From Trypethelium eluteriae (taxonomy: Eukaryota), in contig JAVECL010000113.1 in the NCBI GenBank assembly GCA_051942245.1, forward strand, positions 1 through 51,006: a DNA stretch of 51,006 nucleotides. Reading direction: 5' to 3'. Below are positions 13,585 through 23,290 of the stretch, one piece after another; position 1 is the stretch's first letter, and each line of letters begins with the position of its first letter. Under the pieces are notes generated by a model. The model saw nothing but the letters and a program-made list of their open reading frames with translations. It was not told the DNA's origin and made no database searches. The position numbers were made by a program, and so were the translations under genes.

Positions 13585-14736
13585 TCATAGCTTCGATTTC
13601 GAGCCCGCCGCTTTTGCTTTGCTACTGATGTCAATCGCATTCCACCATGGGTACGCCGCTGGTGCATCTTGCTCCATCGTCCCCGTAAAATTGACCGGCC
13701 GTTTCTCCAAGAAAGCCTTGACTCCCTCCTTATTATCCCTATGAATGCATGTTAGCCCAACAACCCAACAAACCCCCAATGTGACAGTCTCCCAAAAACT
13801 TACGCGCTACTAAACATCTCATACAGTATCCTCGAATCCAACAAATGCGTCCCCTCCGCCGTCCCCGGATTCCTCCACATCAACTCTCTCATGAGAGCCG
13901 TCGACACCACACTCGTATTCGCGACCACCTCCTCCGCGACCCTCACCGCCCTCCTCACCACCGCCTCACCATTCACGCCCTCCTCTCTCATCGTCTCCGC
14001 AAACAGCCCGCCCCACACCTCCTCCGCGTCAGCCCGATACGTCGCGCCGGTCGTGACGACCCGCAGCGCGCGACTCCACCCGATCAGGCGCGGCAGGAAG
14101 AAGGAGCTGCACGCCTCCATGACGAGGCCGCGGCGGGCGAAGACGAAGCCGATATTTGCAGAGGCCGCCGCGATGCGCAGAGCGCACGGCAGCGTCATGG
14201 TGATGCCGACGCCGACGGCGGACCCGTTCAGCGCGGCGATGGTCGGTTTGCGGCAGTGGTGGATGGCGAGGGCGACGCGGCCGCCACTGTTGGAGAAAAT
14301 ACAGCGATCAGCGTATTGCCTTCAGTTTACGTGGATATCGAGGAGGGAGCTGCCTGGTAGGGGAAGACAGAAGGTAGGGAAAGGAGAGGTATGGTTATCG
14401 GTAGAGAGTGCCTCACCCGTCTCGATGGTCATTGATCTTTTCCTCGCCGCCCTTGAACCCCGTGTCAAGATCTGCACCGGCGCAGAACATGCGGCCGTGG
14501 CCGGTGAGAATGATGCATTTGACGCGGTCGTCAAGGTCGAAGAGTTGGAAGGCGGATTCAAGCTCCGACATCATCGTACCGGTAAAGGCATTGTACTTCT
14601 GTGGACGGTAAAGCTCGAGGATTACGATGGGCGTCGGAGTTGGTGAGGACGGCGGATGATGGGATATCCGAATCTCCTTGTAAGGAAGCGTATTGTACGA
14701 GCTTGGGAGAGAAATCGGGTCGGGAGGTTGTGGCAT
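13585..14736 (-). CDS. Enoyl-CoA hydratase/isomerase (crotonase family), peroxisomal
   Basis: LYRPQKYNAF, GRMFCAGADL, AVGVGITMTLPCALRIA, FARRGLVMEACSSFFLPRLIG, EGVKAFLEKRP; C-terminus GSKSKL (PTS1). Introns at about 14289-14416 and 13739-13803. Confidence 0.92.
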
Positions 14737-15727
14737 GGTTGGACTCTGTGAGCAATTGATATTGATAACGGATGAACGGTGGTCCAAATGGTCAAGAGGG
14801 CCAAATGTGAGCCTTGTATTGAAGATCAATTCTGCGTGACATCTTAAGCAACACTTATGTAGGTATCTACCCAATTATAGGTACCTTACGATGGGGCGTT
14901 TGGAGATGTTAGGAAATGCGGGAGAAGCTTGGGTTTAGGACCGACTCGCCGGAGCCGAAGCAGCTTGGAGAGGGAATGCCGATCCTGTCATCTTGCCTAG
15001 GCACTCGCGTTTTGTTTACTCACAATTGTGTTTACTCATTTCGCAATAGTTAGCTTGAACAACGCAGTGATAGCACGTGAATGGGAAATCCAGGGCATTC
15101 ATGGGCTTGATTTGAAGACACCATTTCGGCATACTCTCAGAGAATCCAAGCGCATCTATCTCTCCTAGTTTACGGGCTTAATATTAAGTCAATCTCGAGG
15201 CCAATGCCTCTGCGAGCCACTGGAGAATTGATGCTGAAGGAACCGAAAGAGTGATTCCACGAGATTGCAGTATTTGCACATTCCAGCAAGCACTACTATT
15301 TCAGCACTTGAGGCATACTGTAGGAGGTCCTCTGGCCACATGCAAGGATTAATACGTTATTGCTTTTGACCGAATAAAGTAATCGTTTCAGAGTACTTGT
15401 TCTTCTGTAAATCCTCATTTAATGCATTGAGTCATGTTCGCGCGCGTATTCTCGGATGAATGTGCAACCTAAAGGCATGACTTGTCAGGTTAGAATGGTC
15501 ATTAGCTTGGTATATCATTATCCATCGTGCATGCATTGAAACAACCAAATCTTATGTATTGCTAAACGATGCTGTTTCATTCCTTGCAGAACAGAGGGTA
15601 TCACTAGAGAAGAGAGGAGAAGATGATACAAATCAAGTCGTGGTCAGCGGCCTTTCGAAAGAGGTCAGACTCGTGCGCATGAGTCGAGACCATATGTGCA
15701 TAGGCCCTTTTCGTCCTTCGAATTCGC

Positions 15728-17929
15728 TCAATTAAATATTTCAGGTGTTTCCTGGACAGCCATGGGCAGTTCAAAATTCTGAAGTATCAGCTCGTCCCAC
15801 TGCGACCAGTTCATTGGGCTGAAGCCGAAAATTCCGTTCGGAGCTACTGCCAAAGCCGGATCAAGACTAATCATATCCGTACTTTCAGCTGATGCTGTAT
15901 TCTCGGGTGGCAAATTGACAATCCCGGTACGAGCACGATCTCGCCATTCTTGACTGGTCATTGGGCAGCGTGGCGCTGTTTTGACGGCATTCGCGACCTT
16001 CTCCTTCTTCATCCGTAACTGCATGATGAAATCCGGCTCCTTGGGAAGTACCTGTCTCCGCGTCCGAAGATCCTCCAGCCTCGCGTCCCAAGCCTTCAGC
16101 GTAAGGCTGCCGCAAGCAATATGCAAAACTTTCCGGGTTTCTTTCAACAGGTCTGGATTGTAACAGATGAGCTGTTCAACGAGAACCCATGCACGGTCAA
16201 TATCCCCTGCAGTGCGCGTCCTTAGTTCAATCAGAAGGAATATCAAAGCATGCCAGGGGAAACGACTCTCCATCGACCAAACGAATTTCCGAATGCTTGG
16301 GTTTTCGTACACAAGATTGTGATACTCTATGACCTTGAGTGCCGTCGTGAAAAGCATGTCCCGTCGAGCCACTGGTAGATCAGCGCCTGCTTCTGTCGAT
16401 TGGTTGCGAGGATAGTGAATCATAAGTCGGGAACTGGCGATCGCCGCTCGAGCCAGGATGAGACATAAGTGATGTAGAGGTACGAGCGGATCACAGTATC
16501 TTAGAAACTTCTGTTCGATACGCCGTTCGAGCTCGTCAACGACCTTGTCTTTCTCTTCTGCTGAGTGTTCTGTGAGCTGGAAATTTTGCGCGGCGATGGA
16601 AATCGTTGGAGTCGTTCTGACTTCGCGGAAAAAACTACGCATCTCGTAACCTATAAGACAATACATCATGTCCGTCGCTCCAGTACGCTCGGGTGGTAAT
16701 TCGGTCATGGCAATGTTCAAATCGCTATCGTTCACGTTCAGGGGCAGTTTGGTGTCCCAATTCAGGAAGGAAAATTCCGGACCAAGTCCCGTCAGTTCTG
16801 AAGCTCGCAAGTCTATCAGACTGATCTGCCACCACAGGCGCCTTCTCATTTCTGCATGCCATGGCCAACTATCGGTACCAAGGGAGGATTGATCTCGATG
16901 AAGGCCTCCTCGCTGGGCCATACGGAGAGCGATACCGGTCATACTCCAGTATGTTCCAGCGTCGTAATCACCAACGACGGATATGAGGAATAAAACGTAG
17001 GCCTGTAAGACAATCGCATCGGATGAGCGAAGCAATCCAGCAGCATTCAATGCTTGCTGAGTGGCGTACTTCAATCGACGAAATAAGACAATCTTAGGCT
17101 CTCCAAAGTTAGTGATACACTCCTCATTATTCAGTGATACGACTGCGATCAAATAGACCGCAAACAACCACGCCTGCGTCGCTCGCATGAGTGTGTCGAA
17201 GCAGTCGAGGGATGCAAGGAACCGCTTTTCTCTATGGCTAATTTCAAATATTTTGACCAGAGGGTCGACTCGGTCTTTGAAGATAGCCCACATTTGCCGA
17301 GCATGGTCGGAGGGTGGAACGAATCTCCGCAGATCTTGGTTCGTCGGAGAGGAACCGAAAAGTAGATTCGCTGGGTTCTGCCCATTTGGTAGAGATTCTA
17401 GATACGACGATGGCTCCTCTTCGGGCTCAAGTTCTTCTTTGAACATGTCGGCATGCTCTTGAAACTCGTGTTCGACACTACCATATAAGCTGTTCTCGTG
17501 GTACTTGGTCTTGCTACCATGCATGAACAGATGTCCTTGAGATGGAACTGTGGTCTTGGGTTTGGCGAGATCATCCATGACCTGATCCGCGTTCCAAGTG
17601 GATGATCGGTTCTCTGAGGACCCAGTAACGTTTTTCACCTCAATACCGGCTTGCTTCAGTAATCGCTCGTAATCGTGGAGTCTGCCACGCAATTCCTCGT
17701 CACCTTCTGGTTCTTTCCGCTTCCGCCGTTTTGGAGGATCTGGAGCCCGGTAGACGCATTCTGCTCGACTTTTGACACATCTCGAGCACGGCTGAACTCT
17801 ATCGCATTTGATCTTTCGCTGACTACAGAGAACGCATGCAAAGCTTTGAGTGGCTTGTTCGTTTGCCGAGTTTGACGGGTTCGCCACAGCAGGGGAAGCA
17901 GATGCTGATTGGTCTCCCGGTGTAGACAT
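15728..17929 (-). CDS. Zn(II)2Cys6 transcription factor with fungal-specific TF middle domain (733 aa, intronless)
   Basis: ACVLCSQRKIKCDRVQPCSRCVKSRAEC binuclear cluster; GIALRMAQRGGLHRD, EMRRRLWW and DTKLPLNVNDSDL middle-homology motifs. Confidence 0.95.
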   Translation of the reverse strand: MSTPGDQSASASPAVANPSNSANEQATQSFACVLCSQRKIKCDRVQPCSRCVKSRAECVYRAPDPPKRRKRKEPEGDEELRGRLHDYERLLKQAGIEVKNVTGSSENRSSTWNADQVMDDLAKPKTTVPSQGHLFMHGSKTKYHENSLYGSVEHEFQEHADMFKEELEPEEEPSSYLESLPNGQNPANLLFGSSPTNQDLRRFVPPSDHARQMWAIFKDRVDPLVKIFEISHREKRFLASLDCFDTLMRATQAWLFAVYLIAVVSLNNEECITNFGEPKIVLFRRLKYATQQALNAAGLLRSSDAIVLQAYVLFLISVVGDYDAGTYWSMTGIALRMAQRGGLHRDQSSLGTDSWPWHAEMRRRLWWQISLIDLRASELTGLGPEFSFLNWDTKLPLNVNDSDLNIAMTELPPERTGATDMMYCLIGYEMRSFFREVRTTPTISIAAQNFQLTEHSAEEKDKVVDELERRIEQKFLRYCDPLVPLHHLCLILARAAIASSRLMIHYPRNQSTEAGADLPVARRDMLFTTALKVIEYHNLVYENPSIRKFVWSMESRFPWHALIFLLIELRTRTAGDIDRAWVLVEQLICYNPDLLKETRKVLHIACGSLTLKAWDARLEDLRTRRQVLPKEPDFIMQLRMKKEKVANAVKTAPRCPMTSQEWRDRARTGIVNLPPENTASAESTDMISLDPALAVAPNGIFGFSPMNWSQWDELILQNFELPMAVQETPEIFN

Positions 17930-18611
17930 GTCTAAAGGTGCAAAGTCGACTATTGAGCCCGTCCTCCGATTCGAGAAGAGACCTAGTTACTGTGTAGGTC
18001 TATGGACGCTGGCCTTTACGCTCATGACTCTGAATCCGGTCGAGTCAACTGTGACTAAGCTGAAACTATGACCGCATCACCTTACTACCTTATATGGGAT
18101 AGGTACCTAACCTTGTCCATTTTGAGCTGTAGGTGAGCGGAGAGGTCGCTGGAAAGGTGTGACGCTTACCCGCAACGCCGTCCTTGCGTTGGTTCAGCCG
18201 CACCCGAGTCCCAACAGAGCACCTCGTTACGGATCACCATTTCTTGTATTTTACAGAGCACCAGAGTACCAAGTGGAGTCGCATTTCTCCAAGTTAACTG
18301 CTTCGTACTCCATCTCTTCTGCCACAGGATCTCTACACATTCATCTAAGTGACCCGCGTACCTAATCATACCGGCTTTCCTTCTAACTCTCTCCCATCTC
18401 ATTATTTTCAGCCATCGTCAGCAATTTTTTTCTCCCCAACGTTAAGTCCGCTGTGCTTAGCTTTATCCTCATCGTATGGTGAACTGAAATGTTTTGTTTG
18501 ATTCATACAGATAAGTGGATATTCCTGGAGTATGGCTTTCCATGTGTGCCGTCATCACTCCGTATATACCTAATTCTTCGAACACAATCCCGTCTAACCT
18601 TTCGCAATCAC

Positions 18612-20373
18612 TCACTGTGCTTCCTTAGCTTTTACACTCTTCCACTCCATCATTATCGCGCCAATAATTGTCGCACAAGCCAGCGCAACTGCCAAGTACC
18701 AGACATCCCTCAGACTATTATTGTATGCCAGCACAACAGTATTGAGGTATTTGGGATCGATAGCTTGTCTTAGATCCGTAGCTCCCACTTCCGCGATTTC
18801 TCTAGGGTTGAAACCCGGGATGCCAGCCAATCGTGTAACCAAACCGTTGCTCAGGATGTTTTGGGCAACAGTGATGAAGATGGTACTACCCAACGATTGG
18901 CCAAAAAACATGAGAGCAACTCCAATTGGGGCATCCTTCTTTTCTAGAACCCGCTGTGCTGCTGTGGTAGCTTGCTGCAATCCTAATCCTGCACCAAGGC
19001 CTGCAATGACCTGGAACCCAATCCATCGCGGGTGCGCTGTATCGACCGTAAACAAGGTGAGAAGTCCGCTTCCGGTGGACATGAAAACGCTACTGGCAAA
19101 CATAAATGGCACATAGTAGCCAATCCTTGAGACGAGGATGCCTGTAATAACAGCTGCCGAAGTCAAAGCCAGCATGTATGGGAGGTTCATAATTCCTGAG
19201 TGCACAGCGCTCGCATTTTTGATAGCTTGGAACCAGACTGGGAGGTAGTACACTAAAACCATCATGTTACCGCCAAGAAAAATAGTATTCCAAAAGCCAG
19301 CGGCAACACTTCGGTTAAGCAAAATACGAGGTGGAATGGTGGCGTTGTCCTTCTTCCAGAATTGTACGCCGACAAATGCAGCCAAGAGGGCCAGTCCCAA
19401 TACGAGAAGTGCGACAACACGGGCATTGCTCCATGCGTATGTGCTACCACCCCATTGCAATGCAAGAAGGATGCATACGATGCCAGGGACAAAAGCGGCT
19501 GTACCGATAGGGTCCAGTTGGTGTATCTGCTCTTTGAGTGTTTGCCCAGGTTTCAACGTTGAGGGAGCTTTCAGGATGAGAACCAAGACAGCAACGGTAA
19601 AACCCCCTAAAGGCAGATTTATCCAGAAGCACCACCGCCAACTAACGTCGCTTGTGAAGACTCCGCCTAACAAAGGTCCTATGACAGAAGCGATGCCAAA
19701 GACGGAGCCAAAGAAGCCTTGAACCATCGGGCGTTTGCGTAATGGGAATGAGCTGATGGTAATTGTTACAGCACCGTTGGTGATGCCGGAGCCGCCCAAG
19801 CCGGTGACGGCTCGACCGATTATGAAGGCTGTGGAGCTCGGAGCAGACGCGCAGATGACTGAACCGACTTCGAAGACGGCAATAAGGGAAATAAATACCC
19901 ATTTTGGTGAATAGAAGGTGTACTGAAATAAGGTTAGTCACACCGAGTTCCACAATTGTCTGAACGACGTCCTGAAACTTACCACTCGACCAAACATAAG
20001 TTGAAAGGCACAGTATGTCAATAGGTAAGCGCTGCCATACCAGCCAATGTCGTCAAATGAGTCGAACTCGTCCGTAATGACTGGAACAGCGGTTGCGATG
20101 ATTGTACGGTCCTTCACATCCGTTAGTCTGCGTGACAGTCATCCACCAAGAGACTCGCCTTACCAGAGCGGTTACCAGCACCGCAAGGCAAAGAGATATT
20201 ATAATGAGAACCACTGCAAATCCACGAGGATATGTGGAGTCGTCGTTGTCAGGATTGCGGTTCAGCTCTTCCTGCTCGTCCTTTGGTTGCATCTCACCCT
20301 CGGAAGTTTCTGTTGACGGCATGGCAGCTTGACTAGCTACGCTAGAAGAGACTTTTTCAAGCGTTCCAGACAT
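18612..20373 (-). CDS. MFS drug/toxin efflux pump, DHA2 (14-TM) family (AflT/GliA/TOXA-like)
   Basis: [60 protein letters not shown]. Introns 20112-20163 and 19923-19982. Confidence 0.93.
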
Positions 20374-21012
20374 GACATAAGTTTCACATGCGCGCACCTG
20401 TAGGCTCTAGGTATTCTCAGCAATGGGTGACATTCGTTGATGAGATCGTGAGCAAAGACAGAGAACTCTTTTTAAAAAGCCAAAGATAAAAGATGAGAGG
20501 AAGGAAAAAGACTCGAGATATATGCCATTCTAGAGAAAGCGAATAAGGAGTTGACTATGTCTAATATTTATCTGAGTTGCGACGAACACAATCGGGTGCT
20601 ATTGACCGAGTCGGGAAGGACTTTTGGTTTTCGGCCGACTGGGAGAGTGACCCCGAAACTTTTGTCTCCGCTAGCCGTTACGAGTCTGGAATTAGGGTGC
20701 AAGGGGAGAATAGACAAGAGCAGCTACCTAAGATTAAACGGTGAGGACTGAAAAGCTGTCTTCCTGCTGCAAGCATTCGCTGTGCTCCCATTAACGCCGT
20801 CAGCCTTCGGACCGACGAAATACTATACTCTTCGACAACTTGTTTAAATGAATTCCCTTCTAAGCGCGTTTTGATGATATGGACAGACTTGTAAATACCG
20901 TATTTTTCCCGTACCACTTAGCGCCACAATATGCAAGAACAGAGCCTCTTAGTAGGTATCGCGATAGAGATAATCGTACAGCTATCATAAGAAAAGCCTC
21001 GGAGCGGTTCAT

Positions 21013-22809
21013 TTACGAATTCCAGTCCGAATACGCCGCCTCCAGGAGGTATATGATGCCAAAAGCCAAAAATGCAAACGCGCCGCCCAATGTAACTAGA
21101 GGGAAAGTATCAGTCAGTAGCTATTTTCAAAACCTGTAATTGGAACAGGGCACTCACCAACTCTCATACTCACTCTTCCTGCGATGGCCGCTCCTCCAAC
21201 GACAGCCACTGCCGTACAAAAACCGTGCCCCGTAATCGCACCACCTGTGACCCACCAGTAGTCCTGGCCAGCTGCCATTGCTATCGTCGCGATCTGACTT
21301 CTATCTCCCCATTCGCCCAAAAACGTCATCACAAATGTTTGCACCCACGCTGGACTTAAGAGCAAGGAAAAAAGATTATGCAACCCCCCTAGAGCTCGTT
21401 GGATGGAGGAACGATTGAGAGAAGGGGAGGGACTGCGCGAGGATGAAGGACTCCGTGGAGGCGCAGGCAACCGGCCTTCTGAACGTGACTTGCGTCCCCG
21501 TCCAGCCTCTAGTGCGTACGGTGAAATATTAGATGACTGTCTCCGTCCCTGCAGTTTGGCCTGATGCTCCTTCTCCTCGAGTTCCATCTCCACCTCCTTC
21601 ATTTCCTCGCCTACACCCTCATCTTTGTCCATTGCAAGGCCCTCCCTGAGCATCTTTGCGCCAAACACGAGGAACAGGATAGCTGCAGCGAATGACGTGA
21701 ATCGTTTTGGAAGTAGTGTTGGTAAGGCATGGCCGAGGACTGCAGAAAGCACAGTCATGACGAATAATGCGGAAAAGGCAGCGGAGAAGACAATGAGTCG
21801 AGGGTGACGCATGGCCATTAATGCAGCGACCAGGAAGGTTTTGTCGCCAACTTCAGAAAACAATATCATTGTGAGGGAGAGAATGAAGGAGTGAAAAGGT
21901 TGGATGATGCCATCCTCCTCTTCATCGGATAAGGGCGAGGTGTGCGGTGTCGGACGCTCAAGTGAGTTTTCAGTTTTTCTGGAAGTACTGGAGGAGTCGG
22001 AGGATGAGCCTAACTTAGGAAGAGAGGGCAGCACAGGAACGGGGGCAGGTATATCATGGGGTTTATCGGGAAGATTGTCAGGTTTCTAGCGAATACATAT
22101 TAGATCTTGATGTTTAGCAGCGTAGTAAATCTCGAGCACTCACCTCCAGTCCGGCTGCGCTCCAGGGCTTATCATCGTCCGAACCTGCCTTCTGTAACGC
22201 GCTGTTCTTTTCAGTCTTTTCTTTCAACTCAATCCGGTCCTGTATGCTGTCCGGCAGGTCTATTTGCTCCTTGGGTGAATCTGGCGTCTTCCCTTTGCTG
22301 ACCCCATGTCCTTCTTGAGTCTTTCGATCTCTGTCCTTTTCCGATATTCCCCCTTCCGTGCCTTTGTGTCCAGTGGCTGGGGATCTGCCAGATCTATCGT
22401 TCATCACCCCATTTTCCTCGGTTGAAGACTCAACGGAGCCTTTCGACTTTCCGCTCGATTTATCCGCGGAAGATAAAGAAGAAGATCCGGACTCGTCTGT
22501 GCTATCGTAGGTGCTCGCTAATGAATCTGATGCGGCTTTCTTCCGATTTTCTTCTGGAGATGTTTCGACGAAGGGACCGTCGTGCGGTTTGCCATCTAAT
22601 CCGTCCACTGGAGCATCTTTTGTGCCTGTGCTTGACTTTGTCCCTGATGTTGAAGAGCTTTTCCCCGTATCGACCACGGGATAATCTCGTGTTTCGGGAG
22701 CGACAGCATGCAACAGTTCTGCATCGAATGCCTTCTCCCGCGCAATGGAGGGGGCGATAGCCAGCGAAAAAAGCAGTAGAAGCGACCCAATGGCCCTGCT
22801 GGACTTCAT
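21013..22809 (-). CDS. GDT1: GDT1/TMEM165 (UPF0016) Golgi Ca2+/Mn2+ transporter with signal peptide and long luminal N-terminus
   Basis: Signal-peptide-like start MKSSRAIGSLLLLFSLAIA; two UPF0016 motifs SEVGDKTF and GEWGDRSQ; last exon VTLGGAFAFLAFGIIYLLEAAYSDWNS-stop. Introns near 22089-22143 and 21097-21157. Confidence 0.93.
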
Positions 22810-23150
22810 GATGAATGGTGTGAAAGACTGTTTGGGCAGACAGGGCCGTGGAAGAAGAAGACGGCCAATGACATGCGCCCTCGCTCAGAGTGGCGTCGCG
22901 GCCACACGGTCTCGGTACAGCAGTGCAAGAGGCAAGACGAAAAAAGTATTGCAACGAGCTTCGATAGGAATCTGCATCCAAGCACAGTGTCCTTTCCTCC
23001 TAGTTGCAAAAGACCGGTAACGCCAAGTCTCAGGTGGGTTCTAGTGCTAATGTTTCACCCCCGGTTCTATCTGTACGGAGTACTGGCCGTAGTAGCGCAC
23101 GGTAATAATTGACCAGAGGACGTGACGGGACGGGACGGGATGTTAGTAAA

Positions 23151-23158
23151 TCACGTGA
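23151..23158. promoter_or_regulatory. Palindromic E-box TCACGTGA (Cbf1/bHLH-type) in the divergent GDT1 / telobox-gene promoter
   Basis: ATCACGTGAC at 23150-23159, just after (GACGG)3 at 23124-23138; binding is inferred. Confidence 0.4.
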
Positions 23159-23290
23159 CTGCGCGTGTGCCTGTGTCCGAGTTGTCGTCGTTTCGCTCTC
23201 ATAACAAACCACGCTAATGAACACTTTTACTCATTTTCAATAATATATTGCCATTGCCAATGTCCTTGGATAGAATATCAGCCGTATATC

